Source: Squalus acanthias (lineage: Eukaryota). From it: a stretch of 64,000 bases of DNA. Of this stretch, positions 11,457-23,080 are shown piece by piece; the stretch's first letter is position 1, and every line of letters begins with the position of its first letter. The notes beneath the pieces were generated by a model. The model was not told where the DNA came from, ran no database searches, and worked only from the letters and a program-made list of their open reading frames with translations. The DNA lies in NCBI GenBank assembly GCA_030390025.1, contig CM059432.1:150414001-150478000 (forward strand), in the 5' to 3' direction. The translations under genes were made by a program, and so were the position numbers.

Positions 11457-12318
11457 GGGGGAAAAATTCAGTTGGTTGCGCCTCTCGTTAGCGCCTTAAG
11501 AGGGCGCTAATGGGGCACAAAGCAACTAGCGCCCGGGCGTAACGACATTTTGCGGCAGCGCTGAACACTACCGCCACGATCTCCTGCACCGGCAGATTGT
11601 GACGTCAGTCGAGTGCGCAACGCCCCGGTAGCGCCCTGGAGCGGATATTGAGTGGTGCCCCCTGCCTTACTGCCTGCCGCTAGCAATGACAGGTTGAGGG
11701 GAGCGTTTTGGAGTCAGGAAGGGACTGGGGGAGCGCTATTTAAAGGCGACCGCCTCCTGCCTTTTTTTGTCGGTGACATTTTTGAACCACGCATTCTGAG
11801 AGAGGGAGAGAGACTTCTGGAGAGATTCAACGCTGTGTGAAGGAGTTTTGGGTACTGAGCAGCACTTTGCAAGTTCATTTTGATTTGCCCTTCCTTGTAT
11901 CGATTTAGAAGAGATTGTGGGGGCTGCACTCTGAGCTCTTTCCCTGGTTCTCTCCATTGATCTTTCCAGCAGATTTGATGTACAGGTCTCTCCAGGCCGA
12001 GATTCAAGGCTGCAATGAGCAGGATGTGGATGGAAAGCAAGATCAACCCTCCCCTTTAAGAACTGGCCAGCACCATTTTGTCTGTGTTCCATTGCTGACT
12101 GACATCACATGAGCTTCGCCAGCACTCTGAGGTAGCGCCTCGCTCCTCGGCCTTTGCGCCTTAAGACAGATGTGTAGCGCCTGATTTAGCGCTCCAATCA
12201 CCTCCAGGGGCGATAAAAGTCAAGTTTGCAGTCGGAGGCGATAATTAGCGCCAGGCACTAATCTTTGCGCCCGGCCGATAATTGCGCCCCAAATGGGGCG
12301 ACACTGAATTTCTCCCCC
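11457..12318. mobile_element. Harbinger-type MITE, TSD TAT
   Basis: TIRs gggggaaaaattcagt / actgaatttctccccc, tat on both flanks, repeated gcgcc subterminal motifs. Confidence 0.9.
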
Positions 12319-12325
12319 TATGACT

Positions 12326-12987
12326 CCACTTTCCTGAACTATCCCCATAGCCCTAGATTCTCTTAATATTCAAAAATCTATCGATCTCTGTCTTGAATAT
12401 ACTCAACGACTGAGCCTCCACACCCCTCTGGGGTAGAGAATTCCAAAGATTCACCACCCTCTGAGTGAAGAAATTTCTCCTCATCTGTCCTAAATGGCCG
12501 ACCCCTTATTTTGAGACTGTGACCCCTGGTTCTAGACTCCCCAGCCAGGGGAAACATCATCCCTGCATCTATCTGTCAAGCCCTGTAAGAATTTTGTATG
12601 CTTCAATGAGAACACCTCTCATTCTTCTAAACTCTAGAGAATATCGGCCTAGTCTACTCAATCTGTCCTCATAGGAAAATCCCCCCCATTCCAGGAATCA
12701 GTCTGGTGAACCTTCGTTGCACTCCCTCTATGGAAAGTATATCCTTCCTTAGGTAAGGAGACCAAAACTGTACACAATACTCCAGGTGTTGTCTCACCAG
12801 GGCCCTATATAATTGCAGTAAGACGTCTTTACTCTTGTACTCAAATCCTCTTGTAATAAAGGCCAACATACCATTTGCTTTCCTAATTGCTTGCTGTACC
12901 CGCATGTTAACTTTCAGTGATTCGTGTACAAGGACTCCCAGGTCCCTCTGAACACCAACATTTCCCAATCTCTCACCATTTAAAAAA
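12326..12987 (-). mobile_element. CR1 LINE ORF2 3' fragment
   Basis: FLNGERLGNVGVQRDLGVLVHESLK...[15 protein letters not shown]. Confidence 0.9.
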
Positions 12988-13321
12988 TGTGCTTTACAAA
13001 GCCTGAATATTGCAGACTGTTCACACTGACTTGAACTCAAAATGATTCCCTCCAGGGCTTGTAGTGAGGCTTATCGAGGAGGGCAGATTGAAGTAAAAAC
13101 ACAATTACAGATTAAAAACAAAAAGATGTGTCCACTGAGTGGTGACCAGTGGTTGTGTGTGTGTGCTGGTATTACTATAGAACTCTGGTTCAGCCTACAA
13201 CTTGTTGCAACTGTGTTGGAAACTCTTGAACAACTATTCATTTCAATCTGGCTGCTCTCAAACCAAGTGAAAAGGCAGTGTTCATAGTGCCTGCACCAAC
13301 CAATTCCCCAAATATCTGGCA

Positions 13322-13413
13322 CAGAAAGAAAGAAGAAAGAAGAGCGAAGAGAAGGAAAGAGAAGAAGGAAGGAAGGAAGGGAAGGATGGGAAGGAAGGAA
13401 GGGAGGAAGGAAG
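13322..13413 (+). repeat. Purine-rich (GAAG/GAAA)n microsatellite
   Basis: Seen directly in the sequence. Confidence 0.9.
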
Positions 13414-13944
13414 TGTTGTCAGCTTTTTTTTTTGAAGCTGCTCATCGGCTCTTCCAGGTTTTGTAGGTTGGCATTAGTGCAACGAGGAGGTTGGGGCTAA
13501 GATGGATCGTTTGAACAGAGTACAGGAAGCTATTCTATGCAAATTGCTGCTGACACTGGGTGACAAAATTAGAAAAGTGCTCACTGCCCAGCCCGGACAT
13601 TATGCTTGAGCAAAAAAATTCACTCAAATTTAAAAAAAAACATACTTTGGGGAAAGATTCTCTCTATTTTCAACAAAACCATAAATGGAAGTCGAAAGAA
13701 CATGTTGGTGATTTCCTTACAAATAGCGAACAGAGCAAATTTACCCCATGTCATCACAAGGAAAACCATGGATTTTTAACGCACTGTCAGTGCTCAAGCA
13801 CAATACTGCTTTCATGTCTCAGGTAAGAATGTTAACTAACCCTTCCCGTTTGTTCCTTTATGTTCTATTGGTCTAATAACATCCATGTTCTGTGCTACCT
13901 ACAATGATGTTACTGTGCAAGTCTTACCCTAGTCTGTGTTACAG

Positions 13945-16570
13945 CAATAGAAGATAGGAGTAGGAGTAGGCCATTCGGCCCCTCAAGCCTGTTGCGCCAT
14001 TTAATGAGATCATAGAACATAGAACATAGAACAGTACAGCACAGTACAGGCCCTTCGGCCCTCGATGTTGTGCCGAGCATTGTCCGAGACCAAGATCAAG
14101 CTATCACACTCCCTATCACTCTGGTGTGCTCCATGTGCTTATCCAATAACCGCTTGAAAGTTCCTAAAGTGTCCGACTCCACTATCACAGCAGGCAGTCC
14201 ATTCCACACCCCAACCACTCTCTGAGTAAAGAATCTACCTCGGACATCCCTTCTATATCTCCCCCCATGCACCTTATAGTTATGCCCCCTTGTAACAGCT
14301 GCCTCTACCCGAGGAAATAGTCTCTGAACATCCACTCTATCTATCCCCCTCATCATCTTATAAACCTCTATTAAGTCGCCTCTCATCCTCCTCCGCTCTA
14401 AAGAGAAAAGCCCCAACTCCCTCAATCTTTCCTCATAAGACCTCCCCCCCAAACCAGGCAGCATCCTGGTAAATCTCCTTTGCACTCTTTCCAATGCTTC
14501 CACGTCCTTTCTATAGTGAGGTGACCAGAACTGCACACAATATTCCAAATGTGGTCTCACCAAGGTCCTGTACAGTTGCAGCATAACCTCACGGTTCTTA
14601 AACTCAAAACCTCTGTTAATAAACGCCAACACACCATAGGCCTTCTTTACTGCTCTATCCACTTGAGTGGCAACCTTCAGAGATCTGTGGATATGAACCC
14701 CCAGATCCCTCTACTCCTCCACGTTCCTCAGAACCCTGCCGTTGACCCTGTAATCCTTATTCAAATTTGCCCTACCAAAATGAATCACCTCGCACTTATC
14801 AGGGTTAAATTCCATCTTGCCATTTTTCGGCCCAGCTCTGCATCCTATCAATGTCTCTTTGCAGCCTACAACAGCCCTCCACCTCATCCACTGCTCCACC
14901 AATCTTGGTGTCATCAGCAAATTTACTGATCCACCCTTCAGTCCCCTCCTCCAAGTCATTGATAAAAATCACAAACAGCAGAGGACCCAGCACCGACCCC
15001 TGTGGCACACCGCTGGTAACTGGTCTCCAGTCCGAAAATGTTCCATCCACCACCACCCTCTGCCTTCTATGAGATAGCCAGTTACTTATCCAATCGGCCA
15101 AATTTCCCTCTATCCCACAACTCCTTACTTTCTTCATGAGCCGACCATGGGGAACCTTATCAAACGCCTTACTAAAATCCATGTATACGACATCAACTGC
15201 TCTACCTTCATCTACACACTTAGTTACCTCCTCAAAGAATTCAATCAAATTTGTTAGGCAAGACTTACCCTTTACGAATCCGTGTTGACTATCCCTGATT
15301 AAGTTGCCCCTTTCCAAATGGTCATAAATCCTATCCCTCAGGACCTTTTCCATTATCTTACCAACCACCGAAGTAAGACTAACCGGCCTATAATTACCAG
15401 GGTCATTCCTATTTCCTTTCTTGAAGAGAGGAACAACATTCGCCACTCTCCAGTCCTCTAGCACCATTCCCGTGGACAGTGAGGACCCAAAGATCAAAGC
15501 CAGAGGCTCTGCAATCTCCTCCCTTGCCTCCCAAAGAATCCTAGGATATATCCCATCTGGCCCAGGGGACTTATCGACCCTCAGGTTCTTCAAAATTGCT
15601 ACAACATCTTCCCTCAGAACATATACCACCTCCAGCCTATCCACCTTTATCACACTCTCATCCTCAAGAACATGGCCCCTCTCCTCATGGCTGATCATCC
15701 AAATTCAGTACCCTGTCCCTGCTTTCTCCCCATATCCCTTGATCCCTTTAGACTTAAGAAATATATCTAACTCCTTCTTGAATATATTTAATGAATTGGC
15801 CTCAACTGCCTTGTGTGGTAGAGAATTCCACAGGTTCACCACTCGCTGGGTGAAGAAATTCCTCCTCATCTCAGTCCTAAATGGCTTACCCCTTATCCTT
15901 AGACTGTGACACCTGGTTCTGGACTCACCCGTCATCGGGAACATCCTTCCTGCACCTAGTCTGTCTAGTCCTGTTAGAATTTTATAAGTTTCAATGAGAT
16001 CCCCTCTCATTCTTCTAAACTCTAGTGAATACAAGCCCAATCGACCCAATCTCTCTTCATACATCATTCCTGCCATCCCAGCTATCAGTCTGGTGAATCT
16101 TCGCTGCACTCCCTCCATGGCAAGAACATCCTTCCTCAGATAAGGCGACCAAAACTGCACACAATACTCAAGGTGTGGTCTCAACAAGGCCCTGTACAAC
16201 TGCACACCCACCCAGCTTTGTGTCGTCTGCAAACTTGGAGATATTACATCTAGTTCCCTCGTCTAGATCATTAATATATATTGTGAATAACTGGGGTCCT
16301 AGCACCGATCCCTGCGGTACCCCACTAGTCACTGCCTGCCACTCGGAAAAAGACCCGTTTATTCCAACTCTTTGCTTCCTGTCTGCCAACCCGTTCTCTA
16401 TCCAAGTCAGTACCTTACCCCCAATCCCACGTGCTTTAACTTTGCACGCTAATCTCTTATGCGGGACCTTATCGAAAGCCATCTGAAAGTCCAAATACAC
16501 CACATCCACTGGTTCTCCCTTATCTATTCTACCAGTTACATCCTCAAAAAATTCCAGTAGATTAGTCAAT
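13945..16570 (-). mobile_element. CR1 LINE (outer), split by a second CR1 and carrying an internal deletion
   Basis: The tail ...ttaatgagatcat at 14013 resumes as catggctgatc at 15686. RT motifs at 16200-16570. ADDTKLGG is fused to QLYRAL at about 16205. Confidence 0.85.
14012..15685 (-). mobile_element. CR1 LINE (inner, 5'-truncated, relatively young)
   Basis: ORFs 14805-15698 and 14096-14662 carry [22 protein letters not shown] and FADDTK; (ttctatg)n tail at 14012. Confidence 0.95.
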
Positions 16571-19509
16571 GCTACGACTTATTTCAGTCTATTCAGCTTG
16601 TATAATAACACTGATCGGTAATAATTTTAATGGAACAATTTCTAGTTCTTATATGAGTATAACAGCGCACACTTTATATCAGTTATAACAGCTCTTTTTC
16701 CTTATTCAAACCTAGGGAAAATTGCACATTCATCAAGCACGATGCCGTCAGCAACAGCCTTGCCACCAATAAAACAATTCTTGTACTCACAGCAAGAGAA
16801 CTACAGACAATGTTAGAGCTTTTATAAAGACATGACACTATCCATCCTCTTTATTTGCATTATACCATTTAATTTTTATTATTTTTTCTCCTTTCTTAAG
16901 GTATAACAATATTTGCATTTATTTATTTTGTTTGGATATAAACAGAAATCCCATCCAGATTAGATGGCTATCATAATACACTTGAACTTTGTTGCACGTG
17001 TAAATCAGTCGGGTGTGTGCAGATACAATTTTGATCCAATAGATCCATTTGCTGTATCCTCCATTAATACCCCATCACATCATTCAAATCATGATGCATC
17101 TACAAATCATCGCATGCTACTGCTTTCAGACTCAACTAATAGCATTACGTTCAAGCACTGTACCATCTTGGACCTTTAGAACTGGCATGTGTTGCCGACA
17201 TACCAACACAACGTTCACACTGATCATTTAACAGGTCTTGCTCTTTTCCACTCAGTCCCTTTCTCTGCCTCATTTAGTTCCACTGAAGTGGATACACCTT
17301 AGCAAAATTAATTAATTGGACATATTTAGCTGGTTGATGCCATCATCTCAGAATATCTCTTCGTGCAGTCAAGAGTGTCATATTCAAGAAAATACACTGC
17401 ATAGGATGAGGTCTTTACAAAGGAATATATGGAAGTGTAAAGTAAACAAAATGTTAGATCATAAGAAAATGACAACTTTGGAAAGCTACAAAGCTCTGCA
17501 TGTAAATTTAAAAGAAAAACTGAAGAATTCATTTTGCGCAAGATGAAACCCTATCGGCCATTGCTTTCAAAACAACTGCACTGAAGGTCTGCAAATACCT
17601 AATTAATTATTAACTAAAATTCTAGGGTGTTTTTGGAGGGATTTTTGCTGCTAATGCTTTCTTATTCTACAATTGTTTAGAGTTTGCATTGTGGATCACC
17701 AGAAACCCTCCAATACTTCACCACTCTTCATACGTGAATACAGAAAGCGGGTGCTGGCATGGAGGGGGTGGAATCACACTTGTCCAACATTCACACAATG
17801 ATACATTCCAGCAGGGGTCAATGGATAGCAATGAGCAGTGGGAGCATTGGCTGAAGTCATCCAGCTGGCTCAGTTGTGGTTTTTGATGAAACTGCCATCA
17901 TTATGCTACTTCCCGATGTGTTTATTTACAACTCTGCAGTTTTACTTTTCTCCAATATCTTTTAGATGTTGGTACTTGGTGTGTTACAGGGTCTTGAGTT
18001 GGTATTTCCAAGAAATAATTCTGGTCTCTCTTAGAAGTAACACTAAAACACACAGCGGCTTTGAATATCTTTGCGGCAACATTATTCATAATTTCCAATA
18101 ATCTCCTTTTAGAGCTTCCAGTTCACTTTACTTTCGGGATTAAACAGTCACCTGCGGTGTTTCATCTCTTGAACTGTCCTTTTACTACTGGGAAACATAT
18201 AAATTTAATTTTTTTTTTAAATTGGGCATTCTGTTCTCATGATAATTGCTGAAGGACTCAAATAGGCAATCTGAGTATTTAGGCTGTCTTTATGTACTAG
18301 CTGCAGTCCAGTACATGTGCAAAATGCTCCAGCCCCACCCTTGGCCGGATACTGCTCCCTCTGCCCTTACTTCTGTTACTACAGACAGCCTGCTTTAGTT
18401 CAGCAGGTTTCCTGTAAAAAAAAATGTTTGTCCTCTTGCTACCTTTGACCTGGGCCCAGCTGCCCTAAAGGCCTGGTCCCTCTCTTTAGCGCTTACTCAA
18501 GTGACACATACGCGACAAAAATTAAGTCCAGTTATGTTCATTTACTACAGATATATTTTGCAGCATGTTACGCAGTTCAGCTTTGACATAGTACTTCTAA
18601 TAGTTAACTAATTGTTATTGTACTTCTATCCTTTCGGAGTTGCTTTAATATTTTACTTGTTTATATAATATAGATATTTATGTATCATTGTATTAATGCA
18701 CACCTCTGGTAGAACATTTCCTTTTTATCCATCTTCTCTAAAACTAAAGTGCACAGTGTATGGAGAGATCAGGAGGGATGTGGGTTAACATTGCATCATG
18801 TGACCCTTAGTAACAGCAGTGGCATCTGGTTTCCATGGTATCTATGTTTTGAAGGTTTTTCTGCAATTTATTGAACTGGAAAGTAGTTAAGTACAGTGCT
18901 GAAATTCTATTTAAAATCTGTTAGTTGCGCATGCCCCACATGCTGCAACAATGTCCGTTTATAGTCTCCGTGTCTTCCTGCGTACATTTTGAGTTAGCAG
19001 CACCAAAAGCTATTGGTGGGGAGGTGAAAGATTGTACAGGGCCAGACGCTATACTAACTACTTTAACTCGAACTAATATTATACAATCCACGTTCAACAC
19101 ATAAAACAGAGACTCCTTAATAAATTCTATTTTAACCACGGTATCAAGAGAAATAAATTTCCCCCATTTTAATTACTTGCGGCTAATCAATGGGGCCATG
19201 GGGTGTCCTGCTATGAATTGAAACCTTAATTGTGTTCAACTACAGTTTTATTTGTACCAATTAAATTGCTCGAACCTCACCCTCGGGCTGATACTGTTCC
19301 ACCTGCTGACTAAGCCCTTACTCCTGTTACGGCAACCAGTATGGTTTAATTTAAGTACCAGCAGATAAATTTAATTTAAAAATATTTAAACATGGCCTAG
19401 ACCCAGTTGCACTCCCATTTGCCACTCAAGGTCTGGTCCCTCTCTTCGGTGTCCACTCAATTGATATGTAATGTAGCTAACAGTGCCCATAACTTGATTG
19501 AATTCGGTA

Positions 19510-19664
19510 TTAGGTTTGAGAGGAAGAAGGGTGAGGCATGAACTAAGGTTTCAAATTTATGCTGATAGGGTCAGATGAAGTAGGGTGGGAGGAAGCTTGT
19601 GTGCAACATAAACAACGGAACAGACCAGCTGGGCAGAATGAGCTGTTTCGGTGCTGTAAATTCT
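19510..19664 (+). mobile_element. Old CR1-type 3' tail
   Basis: cagaccagctgggcagaatgagctgtttcggtgctgtaaattct; the tail microsatellite continues after 21414. Confidence 0.6.
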
Positions 19665-21411
19665 AGCCTAGAAATTCGACATCGCTAAAAACCTGCCAGC
19701 GCTGGTGTTAACGGCCGCCGAAAATGATGGCGCTGGCAGGACCAGTAAATTAGCATTGGTGGCTAATTAACATGAGCCCAGCGCTAAACTTACTGTGCAA
19801 GGCCGTTTTGGGAGCGTTAGTCCCGGCAGGAGGCCCCAATGTGTGGCCGTAGCGTCACTGCAACAAGAACAGCTTTCTCTTAAAGCAAGGCTGTCATTTC
19901 AGAAAGCAGTTCGGTCCCTTCAAGGGGAAATGCCTTACGAAATGAAAAAATTAAAATCATGTAAGAATAGGTAGCATTTAGCCCTTACAGCTCAACTGCC
20001 TTCTGAAAAAAAATTAACATTTAAAAAGAATTCCCAAATGGGAGTCTTCAGCTGTAAAAGCTGAATTGTCAACCGCACTTAAAAGAAATGCTAAAGGTGC
20101 TTCAGCAGCAGGGCTGAAAGGATACAAGATGCTGGTATGCTCGTACATCCTCACAGCCCACTTCCCCCTCATCCTACAATATCTTCTGATTTACAAGGTG
20201 CACATGGTGTAAGCATGCAGCTCTTGCTTTCCCACCCTCCCCTCACCACAATCCATGCTTGTGACTTTCTGATTTCACACATCCAAGAAATGCACGTCGT
20301 GGTGGGTGGTGGTGGCGGTGGTAGAAGAAGATGAAGAAGAAACAACAGAAACACTGTCACTCAATTTCACACTCCCAGCCACCAGCTCCTCAAGGCCGAA
20401 CAGTGAGGCCATTTCCAGTGTCCCCCACTCAAAGTCAGCAGCCTTCCACCAGCCATGCTGCAGCCACTGGGCTAGTACTGTCTGACGTCAGTAGGATAGG
20501 CAAAGGTACACCCAAGACAGTCACTAAAGGAATGCATAAGGGGGATGAGTTGATTTCTTGACGTCATATTGGATGGATAGATGTATAAAGTTGATTTGGA
20601 AAGTTTGCTTTGTGGTGTCTTTTATTTCAGCATTGTGGCCAAGAGGACGCTGTGATGGTCAGTAACAGAGGGAAGGTAAGGTGTGGGACGAATGTTGAAA
20701 GAGGAATTAGGGTTGTGGTCACTGGTACCACAGGCAGATGATTCCATCCTGGATATCCCAGCCAGAAAGGGGCTGTCTCGGTTGCAACCTTCCTTCTTTT
20801 CTGCGAGCAGATGCTGTAAATCTGAAATAAAAGCAGAAAATGCTGGAAATACTCAGCAGGTCAGGCAGCATCTCGACCTGAGACGTGAACTCTCTCCACG
20901 AATGCTGCCTGACCTGCTGAGTATTTGCAGCATTGTCTTCTCAGAGGCCTCCCTTTACCATCCGAGGCCTTGCAATCATCCAGCAGCACTCCCTGCACAG
21001 TTAAAAAAAACTTTTAACATGTATTGCACCAAGCCACTACTTCAATAAAAAATTTTTTAAAATCCAGTCCAAAAGCTTAAATGCAAACTTACCTGAAAGA
21101 TTTGTGTGTCCCTTTAAGAAGTACTGTCATCGTCTGTGTCAGTCTGCTGCTCGCTTGCTTTTCAGAGTGAGCTTAGGATACAGCACTAAACTCAGTGCTA
21201 AGGTCGAAGTTTGCAGAGCATGACGTTAAGTCAGCATTGCACTGACGTCACGCTCTCGATATTTGCATCTCCAGGGCCAGCGTTGCTATTGACAGCGCTT
21301 AGGCCCTCACCAAAATGGCAGCCGTCGAGTCCTGCACCAGAGAAGGGAGTTAGAGTGGCAGCCGCCATTTTTTGCAAGGATTGCGGTGCTAAGGTAGGGA
21401 ATTTCTGGACT
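19665..21411. mobile_element. Internally deleted Harbinger element
   Basis: TIRs agcctagaaattc / gaatttctggact, TSD tct/tcc. 20380-20560 matches the Myb-gene 3' end at 41680-41790. Confidence 0.75.
20812..20938. mobile_element. Inverted pair of Penelope-like pLTR fragments
   Basis: aatgctggaaatactcagcaggtcaggcagcat ... atgctgcctgacctgctgagtatttgcagcatt. Confidence 0.8.
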
Positions 21412-22736
21412 TCCACGTACCTGTATTTCTATTATATGTAATTTAGGTAAGGCGGACTTTGGAGGGATGAGGCAAAAATTGACCACAGTAGATTGGGCAG
21501 AACTATTAACAGCTCAAACTACAGATGAACAGTGGGAAGTGTTCAAATAAGTATTTGGTAGAATACAAGACCTGTACATACCGCTACAGGGCAAGAGCTC
21601 TACTTGTGTAATTAAATAACCTTGGGTACAAAGAGAAGTGAGAGATAGTATAAAACTAAAAGAAAGGCCTTATACAGTTGGAAAGAACAGTAGAGAGCCC
21701 ACAGACTGTGAGAGATATAAAGAACAGTAACGGAATAAAGTAGTAAGAGCTGCAAAAAGGGAATATGAGAAAAGGCTTGCGAGGGATATCAAGGGTAACA
21801 CTAAAGATTTCTACAAATAAAATAAGAGAAAGAGAATGGCTGACAGTAATGTGGGCCCCTTAAAGTCAGATACAGGTGATATTCTAATTGAAAAAAATCA
21901 GGACATGGCAGGCTTGCTAAATACCTAAATACTCAGTAGAGGATGAGGAAAACAAAAAATAAGTCAATGGGAGGAACTTATTAGATTTAATAAAAGTAAA
22001 AAATGGTAATGGAGAAAATGATGAGAATAAAGATGATCAAATTTCCAGGACCTGACTGTTTCCACCTCAGGGTATTAAAACAAGTAGGTGAGGAAATTGT
22101 AGATGCTCTAGTCATGATCTTCCAAAACTTTCTTGATTCAGAAATTGTCCCCTTGGATTGGAAAATTGCCAATGCCACTCCACTATTTAAGAAGGGGAGC
22201 AGAGATAAACCAGGATATTATAGGCCTATTAGTTACTAGAATCTGTTATTAGGGACAGAGAGACTGAGCACTTGGACAAGCATGAACTGATCAGAGAGAG
22301 CCAGCATGGATTTGTAAAGGGTAATTCATGTCTAACAAACCTAGTTGATTTTTCTGAGGAGGTAACTGATGTGGTAGTGTCTATAGATGTTATTTATATG
22401 GACTTCCAGAAAGCATTCAATAACGTTCCACATAAGAGACTGTTAACAAAAAATGAGAGCGCATAGAATTAGAGGAAACCTATTGACATGGATAGGGAAC
22501 TGGTTATGAGGTAGGAGACCGAGAGATGGGGTAATGGGTATGTACTCAAATTGACAGAATGTGACAAGTGGTATCCCCCAGGGATCTGTACTGGCACTTC
22601 AGCTTTTCACTGTATTTATAAATGATTTAGATGAATGAATAAAGAGTTGTATATCCAAGTTTGCTGACAACACCAAGTTAGGTGGTACAGTAAATAATGA
22701 AGATGGGAGCAAAATGTTGCAAAGGGTCATTGACAG

Positions 22737-22846
22737 GGGGAAAGAGCAGGCAAGTGGGACTAATTGGATAGCTCTACCTAAAGAGTTAGCACAGGCATGA
22801 TGGGCCGAATAGCTTCCTTCTGTGCTGTATCATTTTATGATTCTAT
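22737..22846 (+). mobile_element. Short CR1 3' tail inserted in the old CR1
   Basis: gggaaagagcagg...tgggccgaatagcttccttctgtgctgtatcattttatgattctat lies between ttgacag and attaagtgagtgg. Confidence 0.75.
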
Positions 22847-23080
22847 AGATTAAGTGAGTGGAAAAAACTGTGACAGATGGAGTTCCATGTGGGGAAGTGT
22901 GAAGTCATCTACTTTGGACCCAAGAAAGATATATCAGAATATTTTCTAAATGGTGAGAAGCTAGGAACTGTGGAGGAGGAGAGAGATTTAGGGTCCAAGT
23001 ACAGAAATTACTAAAAGCTAGTGGACAGGTACAAAAAATAATTTAAAAGGCTAAAGGAATGTTGTCCTTTATCTCAAGGG

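Noticed and set aside
16190..16225. CR1 internal deletion as a spliced-out intron
   Set aside because: The junction keeps the cag and shows tg microhomology, so it does not match GT-AG removal.
17224..17298. Minus-strand terminal exon VSTSVELNEAEKGTEWKRARPVK*
   Set aside because: Weak AAG acceptor and no recognisable protein.
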